Assembly (NCBI GenBank): GCA_963693365.1
Contig: CAVNZM010000011.1
Span: 3,976,639-4,040,638, forward strand
Length of the DNA stretch: 64,000 nucleotides
Origin: Amoebidium appalachense
Lineage: Eukaryota; Protista; Ichthyosporea
Direction of reading: 5' to 3'
The stretch's first letter is position 1, and every line of letters starts with the position of its first letter. A program made the translations under genes and the position numbers. Under the pieces are notes generated by a model. The model saw only the letters and a list, made by a program, of their open reading frames with translations. It was not told the origin of the DNA and made no database searches. Below, one piece after another: positions 11,101 through 24,174 of this stretch.

Positions 11101-11924
11101 AGTTGTTTGACGCGCTTCAATGTGACATTAGCGGTTCGGATTACCTCACGGGTGTCCCGCTGGATGGGTCTAGTCGTCCGCTATTCCGAGACAACGTGGT
11201 ACCCCCTCACGCGACAATCATAACCGCTACATGCGTTAAATGCACTGGCGTGTGTACGCGTGTGTTGTGTTCCATCGATGCCGAGCTTCGCACCCGACGT
11301 CGCCGTGAAAGGATGGACCACAAGGAGACTTCCATTGTCAATCCCATAGAAAAGATAGCGGGTACCCACTTCTTCGATGGCGACTGCACTGAATATGGCA
11401 GGGAATTTCAAAGCCCAACCTCGGTTTGCACAACGTGCAATTCCAAGGGTACGGTGCGGGGCAACGTTTTAATACTTCCTAGAATTCTCTTCGTCCACAT
11501 GTCAGTGCAATCCGTGCCGCCTGTTCATGTCAGGAATTGCGTAAACTTTATGAGGCGCCAATACCATCTTGCCTACATTGGTCTTCACAAACCAGGTCAC
11601 TTTTTCGGTGTGGCACCCGCATTCACATGGAAAAACGGGAGACCATATCATCTCCACTGCGACGGTTTCGGTATGACCACGGAAAAACCAGACACTGAGC
11701 TATGGGAGAGCAACACGGGACCTACCAATGTCTCTGTCCAAATGTCTCGGGAAGGTGGCGAGTGCGAAGGCTGGTGCCCATTATATGTTAAGTTGAATTG
11801 GGCACGCATCAAGGATGTGCATCTCAACTTCATGGTGTATGTGCCCGCGCAGCCTGAGGAACCACTGTTAGGCGTGGGCTCCCGCAAACTGACGTATGCT
11901 AAGTCAACTGTGGATGTAGTGTAG
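8147..11924 (+). mobile_element. Spliced Gypsy-type integrase - chromodomain - USP-like cysteine protease gene (Ginger-like transposase); exons ~8147-8447, 8515-8732, 9024-9832, 9959-11924
   Basis: CxxC (RCFSC), VVMDF / VWVDGG / GVVER with D-35-E spacing, GPY-like PVWGAYG, and VFHIR|DIKP joined across a GT-AG intron (9833-9958). Chromodomain YVVDCV..VLVKWRGF..CTWE. Cys box NFCFIITVL and His box LHKPGHFF. Apparent frameshift near 8612. The 5' start and termini were not found. Confidence 0.8.
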
Positions 11925-11953
11925 ACGACCTTGTGGATATCGGAGTTTTTTTT

Positions 11954-12000
<47 letters not shown>

Positions 12001-13159
12001 TTTTTGGTTTTTTTTGCTGCCAACATGCCATTATCGTTTGAACTGGAATGAAGGACATAATGCCTGCTCGTATTTAAATACACAATGAGTGTGCTGGTTG
12101 CATGCTGTCTGGATTTATTTCACGTAGGTGTATAAGTATAAGATCAAGATTGAAAATTATGCATAGAAGATATTTACGAATATAACATTGAATTGGCTGC
12201 TGTGTATGGTCCTTCAACGTAGTGACAACTATAACATGCAAAATATATATGCTGACCGCCGGCGGCGGGGTTTTATTCCATGTGAGCGGTACTTAGTCTA
12301 TGTGAACCCAATTTAACATTGTGACGTAAGAATGATTAAGAATACAAGATGATTACGACTATATTATAATGGTGTATTATGGATTCTGTAACGTGTAAAT
12401 GCAATGGCGATAAATACATACAAACCACATGATACTACACCATTTGCAACGAGTTGGTAAAATCCTGCTGTCAGTGGCCATGATTTCTTTCCGACCAACA
12501 CACAAAGCTACAAGCTCAGGACACTTTAATGATTATACCACAACCCCCCCCTCCCCCCCTGGTCCCCCCCCCCCCGAACACATCATTTGCACCAAGAGCA
12601 TAAAAAACTGGTAACAGTAGACATGTTTTTTCCCCCAACACATGTCATAAGCTAATAGGCACGACAATGATTGTTTATTACGCACACACAGTTTCTCCCA
12701 CCACGTCATACAAACCCACTGACCCCCCCCATGTCACCCAGGGTAGTAGGGGGGGAGGGGGGAGGGGGGGGGGGAGGAGAGGGGGGGGGGGGTGCATTTT
12801 GGCCTGCCCGATATTCCCCCTAGACCAGCCAAATTTGACGTCCTGGATTTTAATTAGAGGTGACGACACTTTGGCCTGGACGACACTTTGGCCTGCAACA
12901 GGGGGGGGGGGGGGGGGGGGGGGTGAGCTATCAAGAATCAAAAGCTAGGGGGTGATACTTACAAACAGTAACCAGGGGGGGGGGGGGGAGGGGGGGGGGG
13001 AGAGAGGGGATGAGCTGACTTATTTAAGTCAGATCAAGCAGTGTGCCACAGACCAGCAAAATCAGCAGCCATACAAAATATTTACTCACCCCCACCCCAC
13101 ACCCCCCAACTTCCCACCACGTTCTCCCCCCCGCCTCCTCCCCCACCCTGGGCAAATCT

Positions 13160-13237
<78 letters not shown>

Positions 13238-13239
13238 AG

Positions 13240-16026
<2,787 letters not shown>

Positions 16027-16049
16027 CTTTATTTTTTTCTTTTTTCTTT

Positions 16050-16094
<45 letters not shown>

Positions 16095-16112
16095 AAAGGG
16101 GAGGGATGGGGT

Positions 16113-16145
<33 letters not shown>

Positions 16146-17327
16146 TGGTGTGCTTGTGTGCGTGTGTGTGTATGCTTGTGTGCATGCGTGTGTGCATGTC
16201 AGTGTGCATAGGTGTGCGTGTGTGTGTGTAGGTATGTGTGTGGGTTGTCTGTGTGTGTGCGCGCGCGTTAGGTAGGTGGGTGGGTGGGTGGGTGGGTGGT
16301 TTTTGGTGTGTGTGGGTGGTGGTGGTGGTGGCGGGTTGGGGGAGGGGGGGGGGGGGGGGGGGGGATCAAAGGTGAGAAAATAGGCCCTGTTTTTGTTTTC
16401 TGTCACCTTTTTCAGTTTTCTGGGTGTTTCAGGCAATATCTGAGGGCCCAGAGACTGAATGAATGGGGTATTGAATGTGGGGTTTAAATGGTATTTCTAC
16501 TTGTATACTTCGGGTATCTCTATTTTGCACATGAGTCAGTGACGCAACAATGAGTCCCATGCACGTATGTGCTTTCTTGTCATCACAGACCGACAATAAA
16601 CCTGAAAAATGTTAGCAAAAACAATTGCTCAAGTTTGCTTGTTTTTTACATATCCAAGACATGGTACGCACCTGCAGCAAATGTTATCGTGTGGCCGCAC
16701 CTTCCTAAACATAAAATGTGGGATTACTATGATAGACAGGCGCTGAATATGGAAACAGGTGGTTTTACCCGCCTAAGGTTTAGTTCGATTGCTAGTCCCC
16801 TTCAAATGTTGCCTCGATTTCAATGTATTCATTCACACAACCTTGCACGAAAGTGATTCATTACTTCCGCCGCTAAATTTGTACCTCGGTTCATATGCTC
16901 CCACGTGTTGGCGTGCTAGCTTGGGTGATCATGAAGAAACAAAAGGCAAAGATTTGGCCTCCCTCTTTTCATGTATGTTAGTACTAGTGATGCATCCGAA
17001 ATGTACTCTGATCGGAGAACTTAGCGGCCATAAGTACTCTGACCGCAGTACTTTAGGAATGCTTGTTTCGGAAGGATACCGCGAGCTATTGGGGCCCAGG
17101 AGCCCGCTTTTTTTTGTACAGCCAGTAAGAAAACATAAGTTTACACCTTTTTTGTCTTTGGTACGGTAACTAACAAGGCCTTCCCTAGCTTTTATTGGTT
17201 GCCGACGCTGTTGCAAGTTTTTGAATTCATGCTGGACAACAACATGATTCATGATCAAACGGACGAAACTTGCTGAGTCCGCGAACACAACAAGCCATGG
17301 GTTTCATGTGAAAGATGAGCGCCCAAC

Positions 17328-19361
17328 ATGGCCAAAACATTAGACCCAATAGAGTCACTTTATTCTGGAGCTCGTGTCTGTTGTTTTGCATACATATTTG
17401 ACGGGGTTCAGGGGGAAGATTTCACAGATGACACCACACGTTGGTCTTACAAGAAGTTCGGCCTGAGTTGGGACACACAAATACTGGTTGGCACAGTAGT
17501 GAAACGATGCAAGACAAACGAAGGCAGTGAATGGAAAGTAAAGTTTGATTTTGACGGTACCACAGAAGTAGTTCTGCGCCATCAGCTAACTTTAATAGAT
17601 GAAGAAGACAGTGAACACACAAGTAGCGAGCTAGAGAGTGATAGTGACGAAGATCCAGATGGAGACATCCAACAAGTAGAGATTCCTGTCACAGACAGTG
17701 AGAATGAAGATGAGATAGAACTTGTAGATGAACAAGTAGAGTTACCTACCCCCACCGACCCCACGTGCACCTTGCAATGGACCATTCCAGATGAGCAAGT
17801 ACTTGACAAAAGAACAGGCCCACGCAGAAAACCAACCATTCCACTAGCACTAAACAAGCGCAAGAGTGTTCTGTGTTTGTTTGAACACTTCATGCCTATG
17901 GAGTATCTCTTCACAGCAGTCATTCCACTCACAAACGAAGTAGGTCGTGCACGTTACAAAAATTGGGTTGACTTAACCCCGGGTGAGCTACTTAGGTGGT
18001 TGGGTATGTGGATTTACATGGCTGGAACATTCGAACCCGGCTCGAGATCGAACTACTGGACGTCGGCAGCAGAGAACCCAAGCCACATATTTCCCGTACA
18101 CGACTTTGCCCGCTTCATGACCGAACACCGGTTCGAAAACATCCGTGCCTGCTTTACCGTCACCGACATCACTCAATATCCGGAGGATGATCCACTGAAA
18201 GACACACGCGGTTTCATGGAAGCACTGCAGAGTCGGTGCCGTTGCTCTATCGAGCCCGGGGATGAATTATGCGAAGACGAGGCCATCTTTGCCAGCTATC
18301 ATTGCAACCTTCCGTGCCAAATCTATATAAAACGAAAACCCCACCCTCTCGGTCAAGAAATAAAAACTCTACACGACTGTGTAACCAACATACTCATTAA
18401 CTTCGAAATGAACGAGGGGAAGCTTAGGATGGCAAGCAAACCGTACCGACAGTTGGGAGCTGGAACAGGCACCACCTTGCGTCTTCTAACCCCAAGGGCC
18501 AACCCCACCCACCGTAACCCCAGAACGATCGTCGGGGACAGCTGGTTTGGGTCAGTAACCGGGACAAGGGAAGTGTACAAAATCGGATTCTACGCACTTT
18601 TCAATGTCAAAACCGCAACCAGAGACTTTCCCCTCAACATGTTGGACCTTCTATGTGAGGAAGGACGTGGTGTATGGTCGGAGGCAGTGTGCAGTGTGGA
18701 CGGAGTAGACCTCGTTGCGGTGTTATGGAGAAACAAGAACTACAGTATGAAAGTGATCACCTCATGTTCAAGTACTCAGCCGGGTCAACCGAGAAAATCA
18801 CGAAACGGAAATGACGTCCCCCAACCGAAAGCAGTCGAAGAATACTTCGAAAACTACAACATGGCCGATATATTCAACAAAACACGAATGTTAAACGGCT
18901 CTGTGGACGAAGCCTTGGGCACTAAACGTCACCAACTCCGCACCTTTGGGGGGCTTCTGGGGTTTGTAGTAGCAAACGTACACTTTGCATACAGATACTT
19001 TGGCAAATCCACAAACACGAGCATGGACACAAGGCGTGAGCTAGCAGAAGCACTCATATGCAACCCCCACCTGCCTGCACTAGAATACCCCCTTCCCCCT
19101 GCTGCTCCTGCCCCCCATGCTCTACACGGACACCAGCGTGCCAGAAAAGAAAGAAAAGGTAGATGCGTTCTCTGCTTTAGGAACAAAGGGGAACGCCACC
19201 AGACACATACCTACTGCATCAAGTGTAATGTGTTTCTCTGCAATGATCAAACACGTGCATGCTTCGAAAACCACATCACACATGGTGTTCCTCCACGCAC
19301 ACGCACCCAAGTCAACACAAACACAGGCCCGGTACGATCACGCAGAAACACTACACGTTAA
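17328..19361 (+). CDS. piggyBac-family transposase, 677 aa, intact and intronless
   Basis: CEDEAI, YIKRKPHPLG, VGDSWF and ADIFNK (DDD triad positions); C-terminal Cys-rich domain CVLC..TYCIKCNVFLC..CFENH. TIRs and TTAA ends were not resolved. Confidence 0.93.
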   Translation: MAKTLDPIESLYSGARVCCFAYIFDGVQGEDFTDDTTRWSYKKFGLSWDTQILVGTVVKRCKTNEGSEWKVKFDFDGTTEVVLRHQLTLIDEEDSEHTSSELESDSDEDPDGDIQQVEIPVTDSENEDEIELVDEQVELPTPTDPTCTLQWTIPDEQVLDKRTGPRRKPTIPLALNKRKSVLCLFEHFMPMEYLFTAVIPLTNEVGRARYKNWVDLTPGELLRWLGMWIYMAGTFEPGSRSNYWTSAAENPSHIFPVHDFARFMTEHRFENIRACFTVTDITQYPEDDPLKDTRGFMEALQSRCRCSIEPGDELCEDEAIFASYHCNLPCQIYIKRKPHPLGQEIKTLHDCVTNILINFEMNEGKLRMASKPYRQLGAGTGTTLRLLTPRANPTHRNPRTIVGDSWFGSVTGTREVYKIGFYALFNVKTATRDFPLNMLDLLCEEGRGVWSEAVCSVDGVDLVAVLWRNKNYSMKVITSCSSTQPGQPRKSRNGNDVPQPKAVEEYFENYNMADIFNKTRMLNGSVDEALGTKRHQLRTFGGLLGFVVANVHFAYRYFGKSTNTSMDTRRELAEALICNPHLPALEYPLPPAAPAPHALHGHQRARKERKGRCVLCFRNKGERHQTHTYCIKCNVFLCNDQTRACFENHITHGVPPRTRTQVNTNTGPVRSRRNTTR

Positions 19362-20885
19362 AGTACCTTCTGCCCACTGGTCAGTTTCTGTACATTGCGC
19401 AACACTCATTTGTCGTTTTCGGATTAGGGGTGATTTGTTTGGTTTTTATTCGTTTCTTCGAAACTGTTTGTGGTAACTAGATGCTAAAAGGGTTATTTGA
19501 AGTGTGTGTACCGAAAAAAACGAATTTGAAAGCTGATGTCAATGTTTCTCAAACGAAAAATGCACCTGTGGTGCAAAAGCAACAACGTGAACGTTTAAAG
19601 TATGCATCTTTGGCACGCATTTGTAACAAGTTTGACGTTTTTCTTGGCTCAGGCCTATGGCCTCCCGGTGCCAGAACCCGTAAAGTGCAAAATAAGCCAT
19701 ACCAACAAGCATTCCGAGAAATTATTGTAGTCATGGGGTGCGCAAACACTACAAAGTTCTCCGTAAATTGAAGCTCAAAATCGTTGAATGCCTACCATTA
19801 CTTACTAAGCCACTACCCCGCCAAGAATTTTTCTACGGTTTTTTTGTGATGTGCTTGTTCCCTGTCACGTTAGGGTAAAATGGTGAGAAAAAGAGAGTAA
19901 CACGTGCAAAACTGACCCTGCGCCAGGCGTTTTTATATGATGACGTCATACAGTACTCTGGTTGGAGCATTTATCGATTCAGGTCGGATCAGTGCTAGAT
20001 GCCAAAGAGGTCGACGAGCCATATATGCATCAAGAAGTGCTTGCCTTCAAACGAACTCTTGTGGCACCCGCTCAAGCAAAGCTTTCTACCTCGAGCTCCA
20101 AATTTGCAGCAATTCAGCTTTCTTGCCTATCCGTGCACCTCTACTCACAGTCACAGTGAGGCACAGTGACACGTGATTTCGCCTCGTGCCACACGTGATT
20201 AAGCCTCGTGCAACATTGAGGATTTAAAAAGCTGGGCAGTGAAGGCATTATTGGTGAAGATAATGAAGACCTAAAGAAAATCAACCAATTGAAAAAAACC
20301 AGTTTTGACGACACACGCGGAGGCTGCAAGACTTACCTTTTTGGTGAACATGCTGTAAAAACAGCTGAGAGAGTAGGCGCCAGCGGCAGCAGCTGTGGCC
20401 CAAACGTATCCCGGCATGTTCTTAATCGACTCCATTTTTGTTCTGTTTGGTGTTTTTTGTGCGTGTTAGCGCCGAATGCGAAAATACATTAGGATTCAAA
20501 CCCGAGGAAAACTGTTCGGCTGGAAACGTGCACGGTATTTATCAGCGAATGTCAGAGAAATACAATCGGTGGTAAACTGTGGTATGTAGCTATGCATGGA
20601 ATGCATGGTAATCATACGTGCCTGTAGTTGATTGGTTGTTGTATGAGCCTGGGGCTCGGGGTATTAAGGGATACGGGATCGCGCGGCTCGAATACTTTCT
20701 GGCGCCGCTCAGATCGATATCTATCTGGATTGAGTGGGCTTGATCTGCCTATTGGGCACCTAAGATCGTGTGGCCGAGCTATACCATGTACACACGGCAT
20801 GCCACACACGTGTCCGGACAAAACTGCGCTGCACATTTTTCATGAAGGCGGGTTGTTTTCTAACTATATATGTTAGGCACTCACA

Positions 20886-22802
20886 ATGCCAACTTGCGCG
20901 GCTAACTACTGCAAAAATGACGAAGAAACAGTCTCTCCCAAAGATCCTACCAGGAAGATAAAGCTTTTTACTGTTCCATATGGATACAAACCAAATGTAT
21001 TGGCTAGGAGGCATGCTTGGTTAAATGCTATAGGCAGGCAGGAGCAAACAAAGTATGAGCGGAAACAAATAGCAGAACACACAAAGCAAGCACCCCCCGA
21101 CCCAGACACACACACAGACACAAGGCCAAAGGCCTCGGATGGGACAGACGTAAATACAGACACAACCACTACTGAGACACACACAGCTGACACACAATCC
21201 GAAAATGCCAATGACTCGGCTGTGCCAGCTGAGCAGTCGGCACAAGAACCACAACCAAAGAGGAAACGGGGGCAACCGAAGGTGGAAGTCCCCTGGCCAC
21301 TGGCTATCCTTAAGCAACTGGTTGTATGCGAGGCACATTTCACCGATGATGATATTACTGCTAAGAATGGAAAACTGAAATTAACAAAGGATGCATGTCC
21401 CATCCGAATGGAACTAGACCCGATGTACAGAGAGAAGGTACAGCTATTGAGGGAGGAAAGGGCCAATAGTCATATGCAAGCTGTAGGAATGGATGCCTCA
21501 GATATTGAGCAAACACGGAAACGAGCGAGGGAGCGGGGGGAGACGAGCAGTGAAGAAGCAGAGGACAGTGAACGAGCGAAAAGAAGGAGGGAACATGTGC
21601 GTGAAAGGACATTTGACTATCTAGAGTCGAAGGCAGGTGAGGAAGGGATGGATGTAGAGGATTATGTGAATGTCCTGGAACGTTCAAGAGCTTTCTATAA
21701 GGAGCAGGCGGAGAAAATGCAAATCGAACTTGAGATAGCTACGAAGCAATTGGAGGAAAATGAGAAGAAACAAAGATTGGAGAAGAAGGAGCTCGAACAA
21801 GCGCTTGATCAAGCGAGGGAGGAATTACTACAAAACCAGAAAAGAATATGCATGGAGGACATAGTGGCGGAAGAGGAAGGGAAGGCTAGAGATGATGTGG
21901 TGAAAACATACACGGGGTTGGATAGTTTTGATGCTCTCATGGGAGTGCTGGGGATTGTTGCTTTTATTGGCCAATCAACTATAAACATGAATGATTTTAA
22001 AACCAAAACAGGAAAGGAAATAATATGGCATGATGGATGTCTTTTTACACTTTTTCGCCTCCGCCACGGCACATCCTTCCAACTATTGAGTCGGCTGGTG
22101 GATGTGTCAGAACCGAATCTTTCGCGTATATTCCGCCATTTTCTTGGTGCACTGGCGTTAGCACAGGTTTTTCTATACGAAAAAGCCCCCACCAGAGAGC
22201 AACTTTCGAAGTTTAAAGCCGGTTGCTACACTGGGCAATGGGACGATGTATGGTGGATCATTGATTGCACCGAGGTGTTTGTACAGGTGCCGACAAACCT
22301 CCTTCTGAAACGATGTTTCTACTCAGAGTACAAAAGCAATTATACTCTCAAGTACTTCGGGGGCATCACAACGGATATGAAACTCAGACCGGTGTCCGAT
22401 GCACATGTGGGGGGGTTCAAAGACCCGGATCTCACAGGTGTATGCAAGCGTGAATTTGTAGATCAGATAGAAGAGGGGGATGAAATAGCAGCTGATAAAG
22501 GGTTTAGAGTGCACGGGCTAATCATGGAGAAGGGTGCTTCCTTGCTAGTACCGTCGTTTGTTGAGCATGGGCAGCTAAACGCTGAAGACACCATATATAG
22601 CCAAAGACTGTCTAGTGTGCGCGTGCATGTGGAGAGGGCTTTTGGGCGCATGAAAAATTATCGGCTGTTTAGCAATCAGGTGCAGATGTCGATGGTAGGC
22701 ACCCATTGGATGGTAGCTAAGGCTGTGGCTTTCTTGTGTAACATGCAAGAGCCACTATATAAGGATATGGTGGGGCCCGGGCACACCAAAAGCATGGTGT
22801 AG
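20886..22802 (+). CDS. THAP + coiled coil + HTH + DDE_Tnp_4 (HARBI1/ISL2EU-type) transposase, 638 aa
   Basis: MPTCAANYC..P..W..VCEAHF (THAP C2CH), YTGL, IIDCTE, YSEYK, ADKGF, RVHVERAFGRMK; uninterrupted ORF. Confidence 0.93.
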   Translation: MPTCAANYCKNDEETVSPKDPTRKIKLFTVPYGYKPNVLARRHAWLNAIGRQEQTKYERKQIAEHTKQAPPDPDTHTDTRPKASDGTDVNTDTTTTETHTADTQSENANDSAVPAEQSAQEPQPKRKRGQPKVEVPWPLAILKQLVVCEAHFTDDDITAKNGKLKLTKDACPIRMELDPMYREKVQLLREERANSHMQAVGMDASDIEQTRKRARERGETSSEEAEDSERAKRRREHVRERTFDYLESKAGEEGMDVEDYVNVLERSRAFYKEQAEKMQIELEIATKQLEENEKKQRLEKKELEQALDQAREELLQNQKRICMEDIVAEEEGKARDDVVKTYTGLDSFDALMGVLGIVAFIGQSTINMNDFKTKTGKEIIWHDGCLFTLFRLRHGTSFQLLSRLVDVSEPNLSRIFRHFLGALALAQVFLYEKAPTREQLSKFKAGCYTGQWDDVWWIIDCTEVFVQVPTNLLLKRCFYSEYKSNYTLKYFGGITTDMKLRPVSDAHVGGFKDPDLTGVCKREFVDQIEEGDEIAADKGFRVHGLIMEKGASLLVPSFVEHGQLNAEDTIYSQRLSSVRVHVERAFGRMKNYRLFSNQVQMSMVGTHWMVAKAVAFLCNMQEPLYKDMVGPGHTKSMV

Positions 22803-23091
22803 AATTTTCGTTTTCGATTGCCAGTGCCTCTCCCTAAAGCCCCCTTCTCTGCTTTTTTTTTTTTTTTTTTTTTTTTGTCTTTTTTTTTTTGGGGGGGGGG
22901 GGGGGCAAAAATATGAATGAATGCTTGCATGTATGTATTCGGCCAGTAGGGCTCCACTTTTCCTGTATAGGAAAATAATAATAATAATTGAAATTATTAT
23001 GTATTTGTGTGCCAAGTACAACCTTGAGTCGTTCTCCCCCCCCCCCCCCCCCCCCCCCTTCACAAACACACACAACCACGCACACACGGAA

Positions 23092-23126
<35 letters not shown>

Positions 23127-23190
23127 CCCACGCATGCATTTGCACACACGCACGCATGCACCCCCCCCCCCCCCACACACACACACACAT

Positions 23191-23228
<38 letters not shown>

Positions 23229-23407
23229 GTAGGCACGTATGCAAACACCAAGGGGGGAGGAGGGACCGGGGGGAGGGGGGGGGGGGGGGGGGGTGGGGGG
23301 GGTAGGAAACATATGCAGGCACCAGGGTCTGGTACATTGCTCTCAGATTTGACACACGGTCTTCATTCATTCATTATAGGTTCACTAGATCGGTCAGAAG
23401 ATTACTG

Positions 23408-23465
<58 letters not shown>

Positions 23466-23469
23466 ACAT

Positions 23470-24174
23470 TATGTTGTACTTTGTGCTTCTGGTAAAAACA
23501 TCGGCGGGGGTTACAATCACTCCGTACAGTTTGGGAATGCGCACCGCATTAGCGGTCCCAGGGATGACCGCCGCATCCGCAATGCGCAGTTTGTATACAA
23601 CCCGCGGGATGTTATACAGAAGAAGGTCGGCATCCTCAGTGACAACAGTGTGTGCCAAACCGGTACGTGCCATATAGGCAAGCTGGGGGTCTGCTTCGTA
23701 TGGAGCTACTGTGTAATCGACATTCTCATCTTTCAGTCTAAGGATGATTGCATGTAAAACTCTGTTATCTAACTCTGCAGCGCTTCTCCATTTGTTTTTA
23801 GTTACCTCCTCCTGTTTCTCTCTTTTTGTGGCTATTTCTTGGCGGGCTTTGACCACCTTTTCTGCACGGTCGTTATCAACTAGTTTTCCCTCTTTCAATC
23901 TGCGCCCATCAAACACATAGTGTGGCTGGACCCCTGCTAGCCTATACGTATTAACTTTGGACATAAAGTGATTTGCAATAGCTGCATATGTGTCGTCTGT
24001 GACTTTTTTGTCATCTATTTGCTGTTTGGCTACTGTGTCAGCGAAAACTGAAAAGGACTTGTGGACCTGCACCATCCCGTCAAAAGCAACTACCCCACGT
24101 TGCAACTCTGCAGTAACATCTGTGGCTTTTTCGGCACTAATGCCGAGTGCTGGGAGCAAGCCCTGCACACCCAT
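23470..24174 (-). CDS. Exo1/FEN1/XPG-family 5' nuclease (N and I regions); 3' exons unresolved
   Basis: MGVQGLLP, VAFDG, PHYVFDG, K...R, VAPYEADPQLAY and TEDADLLLY show the conserved acidic residues of XPG-N/XPG-I. The ORF runs into a (TG)n/poly-G intron-like tract. Confidence 0.88.

Noticed and set aside
9024-11924. LTR retrotransposon (chromovirus) or Polinton
   Set aside because: No RT, RNase H, gag, LTRs, pPolB or capsid genes are visible, and the integrase has spliceosomal introns.
16480-20450. piggyBac TIRs / TTAA target sites
   Set aside because: I checked the TTAA sites and the TTTTACCC/GGGTAAAA pair (~16763 and ~19873) and found no convincing extended inverted match.
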